In this document: positions 19,838 through 29,360 of the stretch, piece by piece | Layout: the number at the start of each line of letters is the position of its first letter | How positions within the stretch are numbered: the stretch's first letter is position 1 | IMG/VR virus record: IMGVR_UViG_3300030202_002193 | Span: 20,539 to 84,538 of that record | Reading direction: 5' to 3' (one strand) | Length of the DNA: 64,000 nucleotides | Source of the DNA: a virus | The notes under the pieces: generated by a model | Told to the model about the DNA's origin: nothing | Databases searched by the model: none | What the model saw: the letters and a program-made list of their open reading frames with translations, nothing else | Translations under genes and position numbers: made by a program

Positions 19838-20073
19838 CTAGAACCCTCCGCCTTCTTAATTATCTTAGCCATATCATCAAAAGACATTCCGCTTACATCG
19901 TCCATAGAGAATGAAGATGCCATCTTATTATTCATAGATGGAGTAGGACTGTTAGTTACTACAAGTCCTGACTTCATTAGAACATTGTCATTATCGTATG
20001 CTACTTTTTCTAATTGTTGTACTCGATTCACTAATTCTTTTAGCAAGAGTAATACTTCGTTTTCTTCTGTCAT
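19834..20073 (-). CDS. hypothetical protein; C-terminus resembles scaffold C-terminus
   Basis: SMDDVSGMSFDDM versus scaffold SMDDVANMSWADL. Confidence 0.65.
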   Translation of the reverse strand: MTEENEVLLLLKELVNRVQQLEKVAYDNDNVLMKSGLVVTNSPTPSMNNKMASSFSMDDVSGMSFDDMAKIIKKAEGSR

Positions 20074-20408
20074 CTCAAGTCGCCTCCTTTCTTTGGATAT
20101 ACTAATTTTCGAATCTGCCTGTAGAGGGTTTCGTACTCTTTACGGAGTTTGCTGGCCGTGGCTATTATATCTAGGTTGCTCTCATCCATAGTTTTCATCT
20201 TCTTAGATAATGTTTCATCAGACTTTATTAAATCTAATTCTTTCATCATATCCAATAGTTCGCCTAATTTTGTGAAATCTTGCCCGAAGTATTCCGTAGG
20301 CTCTGCCGCCTGTAGGGTTTTCTTAAACGCTTTCTTTTCCTCTTTGTCTAAAGAAGATAATATATCTCCTTCTGCCTTAATTATATCTTCATACCAGTCC
20401 CAATTCAT
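20070..20408 (-). CDS. hypothetical protein (MNWDWYEDIIKA leader variant)
   Basis: Coiled-coil, coupled ORF. Confidence 0.65.
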   Translation of the reverse strand: MNWDWYEDIIKAEGDILSSLDKEEKKAFKKTLQAAEPTEYFGQDFTKLGELLDMMKELDLIKSDETLSKKMKTMDESNLDIIATASKLRKEYETLYRQIRKLVYPKKGGDLR

Positions 20409-20409
20409 G

Positions 20410-22164
20410 TTATTCACCTTTCATTAACTCCTTTCCTTTGTTAGTTAATCGTATAACTTCTCTTTTTAATTTAAGAACTTCTTTTACCTCTTCTTGTATA
20501 TCCATCAAATCCTTCTCTGTTAAAGATTTTTTATTTAATTCCATAACTACCTCTAGATTTAGGTCCGAATCTTCTTCTAAATATAGCGGAGAGTCTAACA
20601 AGCCAATAAAATAATTAGCAGTATTTTCTAAGAGTTTTTCATTTTTTCTTAAATATTCTTTCATCTGAACCATTTCTAGACCAATTTTTCTTCCTATTGA
20701 TATTAACATCCTTTCATATTTAGTTAGCGCAGTTATATATTCTCCATAAAACGGTACGGGTTTTCCATCAACCATTATATTTCCTTTCACATCGTTAGGG
20801 TTGAATGTCTTAACTAATTCCTTCATTGTCTTTTTAATAGGTCTAGGCAAAGTTATCTCATGCTTCAATCTAATTATTTTTTGATTTAATTCTTTTATGT
20901 TATTTATTTGGCCGCTATGTTCGTCCATCAGACCGCTTTCTATTTTACTTCTAATGCTAGTAGAATCCGCTTTTTCTAGAATGGCTAATTTTTCTTTTAA
21001 CTTGTCTCCTTGTATAGTTATAATCTGTAGTACTCTATTAGCCTCTTTAATGTCGGGTTCTAATTCTTTTTTACCTTCTACATATTCTGTTGCGGATAGT
21101 TGGCCAAGAGAATCTTCCTTTTCTTTTAATGATTTTAACTTAGTTTTGGTAGAATTAAACCTCTCCTTCATCTCTTCCAGTTGTGATTTTATTTCTGAAA
21201 TTTCCCCTTCAATTTTATTTTGGTAATTTACCATTTCTGCTTCTATATCAATAGCCGCATGTTTTTCCAACTGCTTATTCAGTTCTTTTTTCCTTTCAGT
21301 TAGTAGGCGTATTTCCCCTTCAACACCACTAAAAGCACTATCTAAACTATCTTTAGAAATAATAGGCCCTTCTACTTTAATATGTGCCATTGGATTTTCC
21401 TCTTTTTTAGGCATAGTAATTTTTCTAAGAAGTTGAGACTTTATATTTTTAATATATGCGGCAATGTCTCCGGATTGCTTGATGTGGAAGGTAGGGTATT
21501 CTCCAAAGGACTCTACAAACAGTTCTATTAGAACATCGTATAAAGTGGTCATAATTGGATAAGGTTTCTCTTCTAAACCAATTAGGGACTCACCAAAAAT
21601 TTCATCCATGTACTTTGTTATATTTTCAATGTCTGATTCATCTATAGTTATTATGATAATCTTAGTGCGTTCTTCAGATTCTTCATATTTTATATCCGGA
21701 GGTGGAGAGAAATATTCCTGTATTCCATGTAATACTTTTGCGCTTTGTATATTTTCCATGCTTTCTTCTATAGTAAAGATAGAAGAATGTAGAGTAGATT
21801 TAACTTCTTCTTCAAACAATGCAGTTTTAAGCCTAGACTGAACATCTTTAGGATTTATCTTTGTGTCTTCTGCGTCTTTTATATCGTCAAGGATGTAGTC
21901 TACTTCTTTCAATTTTCTAAAAGAATACAGTATTCTTTCTAATTTCAGTTTTGGAGTACCGGCCCCTCTAATCGAAGAACCTAATTTATTTAATCTAGTA
22001 GCCCTAGCCTCAAAAGTTTTATCTTTTTTCATAGACTCTAAAACTTTTAGTGCAGAAACATAAGTTCGATAGTTTGAGTTTTGGGACTTAATATATTCTT
22101 CTCTTCTTTTTTCTGACTGGGTTTGGCCTGTTACAGAATACTTATCTTGTTTCAAAACGGCCAC
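20410..22164 (-). CDS. long coiled-coil hypothetical protein
   Basis: 584 aa, GTG start with GGTGA RBS. Confidence 0.7.
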   Translation of the reverse strand: MAVLKQDKYSVTGQTQSEKRREEYIKSQNSNYRTYVSALKVLESMKKDKTFEARATRLNKLGSSIRGAGTPKLKLERILYSFRKLKEVDYILDDIKDAEDTKINPKDVQSRLKTALFEEEVKSTLHSSIFTIEESMENIQSAKVLHGIQEYFSPPPDIKYEESEERTKIIIITIDESDIENITKYMDEIFGESLIGLEEKPYPIMTTLYDVLIELFVESFGEYPTFHIKQSGDIAAYIKNIKSQLLRKITMPKKEENPMAHIKVEGPIISKDSLDSAFSGVEGEIRLLTERKKELNKQLEKHAAIDIEAEMVNYQNKIEGEISEIKSQLEEMKERFNSTKTKLKSLKEKEDSLGQLSATEYVEGKKELEPDIKEANRVLQIITIQGDKLKEKLAILEKADSTSIRSKIESGLMDEHSGQINNIKELNQKIIRLKHEITLPRPIKKTMKELVKTFNPNDVKGNIMVDGKPVPFYGEYITALTKYERMLISIGRKIGLEMVQMKEYLRKNEKLLENTANYFIGLLDSPLYLEEDSDLNLEVVMELNKKSLTEKDLMDIQEEVKEVLKLKREVIRLTNKGKELMKGE

Positions 22165-22174
22165 GGTATCACCT

Positions 22175-22402
22175 TCAGAACGGAATGTTTTCTTTTCGGT
22201 TGCGTCTTTTCTTAGGAAGAAGAACTACATCGGGAACATCGGTTCCTGTCCTTTTTGCCTTATGTGTAGTTCTAGCATCAACACCCGCAATATCAAAGTC
22301 CCGATTCTTTTTCACGGTTCTAGTATCTGCGGCATTTTGGGTCTTAATCTTAGATAGTTCCTTTCTTAGTCGTATTTCTTTTTGTTTCGAATCTTCTGTC
22401 AT
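22175..22402 (-). CDS. basic hypothetical protein
   Basis: Small ORF directly after portal. Confidence 0.6.
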   Translation of the reverse strand: MTEDSKQKEIRLRKELSKIKTQNAADTRTVKKNRDFDIAGVDARTTHKAKRTGTDVPDVVLLPKKRRNRKENIPF

Positions 22403-22403
22403 A

Positions 22404-24044
22404 TCAACCAACTCTTCTTTCTGTTCTTGAATCTACATTCTGATTTCCGGCTTCTCTAGGAAGTCCAGTAAACCTCTTATCCGGCCCTGTCTCCATACTC
22501 GGTTTATTTCTAGTTGCCGGTGGTTGCGATTTTCCGCCTTGTGCCATTTGTTGTTCCATCATCTGCCCCATTTGGGAAGCATCGAAATTAGTTCCAGCGT
22601 AGGGGTCCAATTCTATTTCCCCTCCTTCTTCACCTTCTCCGCCACCCATTTCGTTTTCTTTAGGTTCAGGTTTGGAGAAAGTGAAATTTCCATCTTCATC
22701 CATTTCAACTTCAAATCCTAGATTTTTAGTAGAGGCCGCAATATTAACTTCTATCTCCCTTTGCCGAAGTTTTGCTATTTCATCCTCTTCTTCGCTAGGC
22801 GGTAGTCTCAAATCCCAATCAGTAATTCCAAATTGAGTAGTTAAGAACGGGAATACATATTCATTGTAAACATTCTGTGCCATTTGTACTGCTCGATTAG
22901 TTACAAGAATCTGCATACCTTCATTATTTAATCCTCCACTAGCAGTAGAATCTGCCATGAATATTTTACTAACTCCGTAGAATGCAGAAATCCTATCTCT
23001 CAAATCATCTTTAACTGCAACATATTCCATTTCTTTTAGACTATCCATAAACTTAATCCATTCAATAGAACCCTTGCCGCCTTCTGCTTCTATTCCCATT
23101 ACTGGAATATAGTGAGGGTCTTGTTCCATTCTTTCTTTAACCCCACGCCAAAAACTCATCATGGATTCCATGTTTCTAGTTTGAACTGCAAGCATTCCTC
23201 TTGGCATCCTACTTTTAGTATAAGAGGCATTTACATAATTTTCCATAGCAAGTAAAGTCATAATATGGTTGTATAAAGTAAGAACTGGAGAAAGACCGTA
23301 TAGCCTACTAGGACTATATTTACTAAAGTGTAATACTTCTCCCTTAATGAAATACTGGTCATCTCCTTTTGCTCTATTAACATAATGAACAGGGTACAAT
23401 GAATCTCCACAAACTTCGCAACTATCATGTGCTTCAGAAGCAATAAATTCTCTATGATGAATACAAGTAAATCCTTTAGTTCCTCTTACACCATCTTCAT
23501 CTGCATAAATGTGCATAGTAACAGGGTCTCCTCTAAAGATTTCTTTTATCCTGTGCATTCTTATCTTCCCATTGCCATCAATATAATATTCCTTGACAAA
23601 TACAATATAGGCATCATCCATGATATTCAAATCATCTTCTAACTCTTTAAGTACATCAATGAATAACTGTTCTGACGAATTGACATATCCTTCCAGAAAC
23701 TTCTCCGCATATTCTAATTGCTTTACATCGGGTAATTGTAGATTAGTACTTTCACATCTAGAACATTCTTGGACGGGCCGTTGGTGTTCTTTACCGCAAT
23801 CCTGACATCTTGCTTCATAGGACTTCTCCCAAGTATATCCTCTACGGAATACTTCTTGCTTTAATTGAGTTAAACAAGTTCTAGTAATTACAGAGTTTTG
23901 CACTATATTATAGATGAGTGGTCCGTTTAGCATTTGGGCTGGAGTTTTTTCCTGTATGCCAATATTGTAGATTTCCCTATCAGTAGGAGTAGGAGTGGTC
24001 TTCCTAAATAAATTAGTCAAAGAGAATCTTCGCTTTTCTGCCAT
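22404..24044 (-). CDS. portal protein with Zn-ribbon insertions
   Basis: LYGLSPV, RISAFYGVS portal motifs; CQDC/CSRC and CIHH/CEVC insertions. Confidence 0.85.
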   Translation of the reverse strand: MAEKRRFSLTNLFRKTTPTPTDREIYNIGIQEKTPAQMLNGPLIYNIVQNSVITRTCLTQLKQEVFRRGYTWEKSYEARCQDCGKEHQRPVQECSRCESTNLQLPDVKQLEYAEKFLEGYVNSSEQLFIDVLKELEDDLNIMDDAYIVFVKEYYIDGNGKIRMHRIKEIFRGDPVTMHIYADEDGVRGTKGFTCIHHREFIASEAHDSCEVCGDSLYPVHYVNRAKGDDQYFIKGEVLHFSKYSPSRLYGLSPVLTLYNHIMTLLAMENYVNASYTKSRMPRGMLAVQTRNMESMMSFWRGVKERMEQDPHYIPVMGIEAEGGKGSIEWIKFMDSLKEMEYVAVKDDLRDRISAFYGVSKIFMADSTASGGLNNEGMQILVTNRAVQMAQNVYNEYVFPFLTTQFGITDWDLRLPPSEEEDEIAKLRQREIEVNIAASTKNLGFEVEMDEDGNFTFSKPEPKENEMGGGEGEEGGEIELDPYAGTNFDASQMGQMMEQQMAQGGKSQPPATRNKPSMETGPDKRFTGLPREAGNQNVDSRTERRVG

Positions 24045-24070
24045 GTCTACACCCTATCCTTACGACCCGC

Positions 24071-24199
24071 CTATCTTTTATCAATGCTTCCTTGAGGATT
24101 ATCCTTTGTAGGCTTCCCTGCTTTGACCCAACAACTGTCACAATATCCATATGGATTCTTTTGCTTAATAGTGTAGCAAATTCCACAATAAGTACTCAT
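24071..24199 (-). CDS. 42-aa Zn-finger micro-protein
   Basis: Hand translation MSTYCGICYTIKQKNPYGYCDSCWVKAGKP...; ATGA coupling to upstream gene. Confidence 0.55.
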   Translation of the reverse strand: MSTYCGICYTIKQKNPYGYCDSCWVKAGKPTKDNPQGSIDKR

Positions 24200-25797
24200 A
24201 TTATATTGCCCTCCATATCTATTTTTGTTCCATCGGCTCTAACTTCATGATAACTATACGCATTAACTAACCATCCGGTAGTATCACTAATCCAATTAAC
24301 TAAAGCGTCCTGTATGGTGTCGGTATCATCTTCTTCTTCAATTCCTAATTCTTCGGCAGTTACGGCCATTTGCTGAAATAAGTCTAATTCTTCATCAGCG
24401 TCGTAATCAACTTCAGTAATTACAAAAGTTCTTTCTTGTTGCTTAACTATCATTCCACCAATATTTTCTAATTCATCCATTATACTCATCTTACAATTAT
24501 CATGCAACTTTGCTACTGTTTCTATGTCTATACCATCTTTGGTGAAATCAAAACCAACATGGTCTTTATGATTTTCATATTTCATTAGTTTGAAGATTTC
24601 ATCACATCTACCCTTATACCAATCAGCCTTCTTGTGTGATTTTTTCATGCGAATTAATTCTAAAAGTAGTTCTGCGTTTTTACCCTTCATTCTAAAATGA
24701 GGTAGGCACTTATTCAGTAATTCCCCAACATCTGCTTGAGAATAAAAGTTTAGGCGATTAACAGGCCTAGTATTTTGTGGGGATTTTTGGTCTAAGTGTA
24801 AGCGACCGATTCCTAATGCTTTATGAATCTCAATCATAAATGCCTTCCCCCTATCTCCCGTCGCTACTAATCCAACTCTAGGATTCATGTTTCTATCGAC
24901 TGTAATGTAGCCATCTGAATCAATGAATGCGGCAGTATAAGCATATATGTTCTTCTTAATTTCATTATCTAATTTATAATATGAACCATCAATATCGGTT
25001 ATGTCTAACTTCTTAATTAGTTGAGGAATTATTTTCATCGTATTTCTTTTGTAAAGTCTAGTCGGCATACTATCTAGGATTTCTCTTGCACTAATTCCTT
25101 GGTGGCTACAAACTGCCTTTAGAATAAAATCATTAGTTTCTTCTTTTATTGTTTTACGGATTTTAGATAAGTCACTAACTTGTTTTCTGAATTCTCTTTT
25201 AGCATTATTCATAGTTTTTTGCAAAGAAGAATATTTTTTTCCATATACCATGTCTTTCTGTTCTAGTTGTGCCTCCCAAAACTTACAAATGGAATCTATC
25301 ATTTTCCTTCTATTTTCTACATCCTTAATTCCGTGGATTTTTAACAGGTCGCCTTCAGTATAGCGCATTTGTTGTAGGGCGGGTTTGTATGGTTTGAGCC
25401 AATAAATGCTATTTACGCATTTGTCTAAGTGGTCGGAATATCCATCAATTAAGGTATCAATGGCCTTAGACATCTTATTCCTATGTTCTCCCTTTAGTTT
25501 TCTTCGTTCCTTTCTCATTGTCTTGATAATATCCGGAACATAAGTATCTTGAACTAAATATTTATCAGGAAAAATATCTAAGTGTTTTCTTGCTTGAGAA
25601 GCATTGATTCTAAACTCTTGACTTATTTTGGTAATGGCTTCAGATTCATCTACTATGTTCAACCCTTGAATAAAACTAGTTAGTTTAATATCTAAGGATT
25701 GCTCAATTTCAGATTTAGCATTTTCAGCCTCTTCTTCTAAATCAGCCACCTGCTCTAGTCTTTGAGCCGCTTCTCTTTTTTCATCCGGAGTTGCCAT
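24196..25797 (-). CDS. large protein with LAGLIDADG endonuclease-like domain
   Basis: YTAAFIDSDGYI motif followed by typical LAGLIDADG beta/helix pattern; long helical N-terminus. Confidence 0.75.
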   Translation of the reverse strand: MATPDEKREAAQRLEQVADLEEEAENAKSEIEQSLDIKLTSFIQGLNIVDESEAITKISQEFRINASQARKHLDIFPDKYLVQDTYVPDIIKTMRKERRKLKGEHRNKMSKAIDTLIDGYSDHLDKCVNSIYWLKPYKPALQQMRYTEGDLLKIHGIKDVENRRKMIDSICKFWEAQLEQKDMVYGKKYSSLQKTMNNAKREFRKQVSDLSKIRKTIKEETNDFILKAVCSHQGISAREILDSMPTRLYKRNTMKIIPQLIKKLDITDIDGSYYKLDNEIKKNIYAYTAAFIDSDGYITVDRNMNPRVGLVATGDRGKAFMIEIHKALGIGRLHLDQKSPQNTRPVNRLNFYSQADVGELLNKCLPHFRMKGKNAELLLELIRMKKSHKKADWYKGRCDEIFKLMKYENHKDHVGFDFTKDGIDIETVAKLHDNCKMSIMDELENIGGMIVKQQERTFVITEVDYDADEELDLFQQMAVTAEELGIEEEDDTDTIQDALVNWISDTTGWLVNAYSYHEVRADGTKIDMEGNII

Positions 25798-25806
25798 AAT
25801 ATCACC

Positions 25807-27261
25807 TTAAAAGTTCAGGCCCATAATTCCTCTTCCGGCAAACGGTTTTGGTGCTACCGGCTTATCGTCAAAGATACCCAAATCGTCTAAATGAATAAAC
25901 TTCTCGCTCATAGTATAAGTGGCGGCATTGGCCAAGGCTAAACTCATTACCATATCGTCGTGCGCCCCTATGCCTTCAAACTTGCCTCCTTCAGTAATAG
26001 CAAACATAGACAATTCTTCTATCAAAGTTGAAGTAACTCGCCTACTTTCTTCATTCCCGTATGGAAGTCTCATTTTACCATTTTCGAAATTCATTTGTAG
26101 GTTAAGAATAATCTCTTGTTTTTTCTTTCTAGTGGTTGTGAAGTCATGAACATTAATATCAGATACATGCTTTAATTCTTGGGTGAAAGACTTCGCAAAG
26201 ATATTAGTTTCGAACAATACTACTTCGGGATTGAAAATCTTACCTATCATTTTTACTTTCTCTATGTTCTGCCGGAATTCTACATTCTTAGCCCTATCAA
26301 CATATACTACAGTTTTATTATCGTTTTCGTCTACTTCTAATACTGTGATAACATTGTAGTCTCCATCAGTAGAAATGGCAGGGTCTACCCCCACATAATA
26401 TTTGAAATCCTTTCTTCTATGTGGTTTTAATATGTAATCTTTAGACTTGGCATTATCTAAGTATTCGGGATTGAATAGAGAAGTTCCTGTAGACATAGGA
26501 ACACAAAGATATTCTCTAGTGAACGCAATTGTACCAATCTCTCCCTTTCTTAACATTAAGGAATTGTAATCCCATCTATCAGGCCAAAGAGGTTCATTAA
26601 GTGCATTTAGGCAGGGATAGGTTCTAACCTCATAGACTTCATTTTCTGCAAGTTGAGAATAAATATCTGTATAACTAAACGGAGTACCGATTACTCTTAA
26701 TGATGCAGAATGGTGAAGAGTGGGAATCATATCACTGTAAAACCAATCAGTGACTTTCTGTATAGCAGACATTGAAAATTCTTTCAAAGGGTCGTCAATA
26801 ACAATTTCATTTGGGTGAAGTCCACGAATCTGTGAGCCTACAGACCTTGCTAGTAATTCATTGCCGTTAGTTAATCGAATATGCCCTACTGACCAGCCCC
26901 TAATAGGTTTGAATTTTTGTAGCATCGGGTGACTAAAATATTTGTCAATCTCTCGCATGTGTACTAGAGTCTGCTTTTGGTTAGAAGAAATGTAAAGCAT
27001 TTGGTAGCCTTTAGGTTGAAAGATTAAATTCCATATTACCCAACAGTGCATGAATACAGATTTTCCGTGGTCACGACTACAAATTAAAACTGTACGCTGA
27101 GTACTATTCATTAATTCTAACCACTCTTCCATATAATGTGGATAGAAATATTTGTCAATCCCCATAGCAGGGCCACAAACATGTTGAAAGAAATAAGGGA
27201 AGGAGTTTCTAGATAATTCGAAATCCATCTGATGTTCTAGATTAAATGCTTCGATTTCCAT
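25807..27261 (-). CDS. terL: terminase large subunit
   Basis: Walker A SRDHGKS, Walker B IVIDD, GTP coupling motif, nuclease GVDPA and HDDMVMSLALA. Confidence 0.92.
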   Translation of the reverse strand: MEIEAFNLEHQMDFELSRNSFPYFFQHVCGPAMGIDKYFYPHYMEEWLELMNSTQRTVLICSRDHGKSVFMHCWVIWNLIFQPKGYQMLYISSNQKQTLVHMREIDKYFSHPMLQKFKPIRGWSVGHIRLTNGNELLARSVGSQIRGLHPNEIVIDDPLKEFSMSAIQKVTDWFYSDMIPTLHHSASLRVIGTPFSYTDIYSQLAENEVYEVRTYPCLNALNEPLWPDRWDYNSLMLRKGEIGTIAFTREYLCVPMSTGTSLFNPEYLDNAKSKDYILKPHRRKDFKYYVGVDPAISTDGDYNVITVLEVDENDNKTVVYVDRAKNVEFRQNIEKVKMIGKIFNPEVVLFETNIFAKSFTQELKHVSDINVHDFTTTRKKKQEIILNLQMNFENGKMRLPYGNEESRRVTSTLIEELSMFAITEGGKFEGIGAHDDMVMSLALANAATYTMSEKFIHLDDLGIFDDKPVAPKPFAGRGIMGLNF

Positions 27262-27854
27262 TATTGTTCACCTTTAGTTTTTTTGTAGTAACTACTTTCT
27301 TCTTCAACAGTAAGGGGCCTCCCTTCTTCTCTTTTAATATCTTCAAGAGTTGGTTGCCCTTTACCTTGATTTCTATACATTTCGAAATAATTGTCAATTA
27401 TTGTTCTTTTACTTCTTCTATCAACAATATTTTTTCTTTTAGACTGTTTCTTTTCTCTCTCTATTTTTCTTCTTTCTGCAAGTTGTGTTTTCCTATATGT
27501 TAAGGCTTCATCTATTTTCTTCTGTCGGTCATATACATAGTTATAACCTCTTCGTAAATATTTTATTTTAGTTAGTATTTCTTCGTCACTTAATCTATAA
27601 TTGGGAGTACGAAATAGTCTACTCACCTCGTCATGAAATCTCACTCCGTCTTCTTGTTTCAACACCCTTTGCCACTTTTTTATTCTTGGGTCATGAATCA
27701 TCTTTTCTGCATCTTTAGCGGCAATACCTCTATCTCTCAAGTCTCTGTATTCATGCCAAAAATTCGGAACTCCGTATGCTCCGGCAATTTGATTAAATGC
27801 AACTCGCTTGTAATTATACAAGAAGTAGGCTTGCTCTAAAGACTGGAACGACAT
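27261..27854 (-). CDS. basic hypothetical protein
   Basis: 197 aa coupled to terL. Confidence 0.65.
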   Translation of the reverse strand: MSFQSLEQAYFLYNYKRVAFNQIAGAYGVPNFWHEYRDLRDRGIAAKDAEKMIHDPRIKKWQRVLKQEDGVRFHDEVSRLFRTPNYRLSDEEILTKIKYLRRGYNYVYDRQKKIDEALTYRKTQLAERRKIEREKKQSKRKNIVDRRSKRTIIDNYFEMYRNQGKGQPTLEDIKREEGRPLTVEEESSYYKKTKGEQ

Positions 27855-28208
27855 CTAACTACCCTTCCGCCATTTCTTATTCTTCTTCTCTTTGGTTTTA
27901 CTTGGACTCCACTTTACTTTATCAGCCCAATATGCCGCAGACATCTTTCCACGCTTGATGTTCTTAGCATGGCGAGATTTGAAAGCCCTTCTTTGTCCGG
28001 CAGTTTGATTTGTCTTAACTCCCTTTTGTCCGAACTTGATGTACTTGGCTTTCTTTCCTTCAAAGGCCATAACATGATGTGATTTTCCCGAACTGTCATT
28101 TAATCTCTGAGGTTTATTTAATCCTTTAAGTCCCTTTTTCTTAGCCCGTTCAAGTGCCTTCGACCTAGCACTTTTAGGTTTCTTTTTGAGAATAGTTTGC
28201 CAACTCAT
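27855..28208 (-). CDS. very basic WxxILK-leader protein (FG...RRAFKSRH...SAAYW motif common in marine viruses)
   Basis: MSWQTILKK; motif recognised from memory. Confidence 0.7.
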   Translation of the reverse strand: MSWQTILKKKPKSARSKALERAKKKGLKGLNKPQRLNDSSGKSHHVMAFEGKKAKYIKFGQKGVKTNQTAGQRRAFKSRHAKNIKRGKMSAAYWADKVKWSPSKTKEKKNKKWRKGS

Positions 28209-28612
28209 GATTCTTCCCTCTTCATTTGGTTTTTCTTAGACTTCTTATCGTCTTTGATAGGTCCACCTTTGGCCCAAGTATAGCAAGTTCTATCTTCATG
28301 ACACTTGAAATCGTGCATCCAACAATATCCTAATCCACCTTTTACATCTACGATAGGCATACAATCTTTCATCCTTGGACTAATATCAAAAGCGATGCAA
28401 TTAGAACACTTAGATTTCTTAGCGGCTTCAACTGATGTGTCCCAATGTTCCGCTACCTTCTCCCAATAATCAGCAGGTTCATCTATATTCAAAGGACCGT
28501 ATTTTATATCCTCATCCTCGATAGCGGCATCTCTATTCTTTGTGTTTAGTTTTAGATTCTTAGTTGCCGGAGGGCAAGTTAATTGCTTCAATAAGATTTG
28601 CCAATCATTCAT
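28205..28612 (-). CDS. Cys-rich WxxILK-leader protein
   Basis: MNDWQILLKQ; CPPAT, CSNC, YCWMH, TC motifs. Confidence 0.7.
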   Translation of the reverse strand: MNDWQILLKQLTCPPATKNLKLNTKNRDAAIEDEDIKYGPLNIDEPADYWEKVAEHWDTSVEAAKKSKCSNCIAFDISPRMKDCMPIVDVKGGLGYCWMHDFKCHEDRTCYTWAKGGPIKDDKKSKKNQMKREES

Positions 28613-28970
28613 CTTCCTCATCCTCTTCTTCCTCTTCAGGAAGCGGTAGTCCATCTAAAAGAATATAATCTCCACTCTTATGTTGAACAACATTTTCCAT
28701 AGAATCTAACAGTCCTTCTAGTTCTTCTCCGGACATCTTAGTTGCTTCTTCTAGTGGTTCTAGACCCGAAGCCCCTCCTTCTTTTTCCAAAGTAGAAACT
28801 ATTGTTTCTTCTGCACCTTCAGACTTTTTCGCCCGTAAGTGTTTGAAATCTTCACCAGTAATTTCTCCATCACCGTCTGCGTCAATGTTTTTTTGTTTTC
28901 CATACAGAATCTTTTCTGTCTCTATTTTTTCTGTTCCGCAATGTGCTTTCAATACTTTTTTCCAATTCAT
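28605..28970 (-). CDS. EF-hand-containing WxxILK-leader protein
   Basis: DADGDGEITGEDF canonical Ca-binding loop; MNWKKVLKA. Confidence 0.7.
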   Translation of the reverse strand: MNWKKVLKAHCGTEKIETEKILYGKQKNIDADGDGEITGEDFKHLRAKKSEGAEETIVSTLEKEGGASGLEPLEEATKMSGEELEGLLDSMENVVQHKSGDYILLDGLPLPEEEEEDEEDE

Positions 28971-28983
28971 TTAATCCTCTCCT

Positions 28984-29355
28984 TTAACATGCCCCACAAG
29001 TAGGTCGGCACTTTCTTTTTTTACCTTTAGAAGCATCTTCTCTTCCACAAGGTTTTGGCCCACTTTTATTACCGCAGGTTCCGCAAGCAATCCAACCGCC
29101 TTGAGTTTTTTCTCCTTTCTTTTGCTTTCCGCCTCTTCTATTAAACCAAGCATGAAGACCGCCCTTTCTTTCTTTCTTAGTATGGGGGTCTGCCTTTTTG
29201 ACTTTACCTTGTCGGCATCTAACAATAAATCCGGATTTGTATGCGGAACTTTTCATCCCGTATTTTTCATCGGCTAGTTTAGCACATCTATCCTTTTTCT
29301 CGCCTTTGCTATTGTGAGTAGCGGTAGCCTTTACTTTAAGAATATCTTGCCACAT
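28984..29355 (-). CDS. basic Cys-rich WxxILK-leader protein
   Basis: MWQDILKV; SAYKSG..VRCR, GLHAWF, KCRP. Confidence 0.7.
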   Translation of the reverse strand: MWQDILKVKATATHNSKGEKKDRCAKLADEKYGMKSSAYKSGFIVRCRQGKVKKADPHTKKERKGGLHAWFNRRGGKQKKGEKTQGGWIACGTCGNKSGPKPCGREDASKGKKRKCRPTCGAC

Positions 29356-29360
29356 ATCTC

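Noticed and set aside
24196-25797. Intein in the LAGLIDADG-containing protein
   Set aside because: No N-terminal C/S block or C-terminal HN-[CST] splice motif found around the domain
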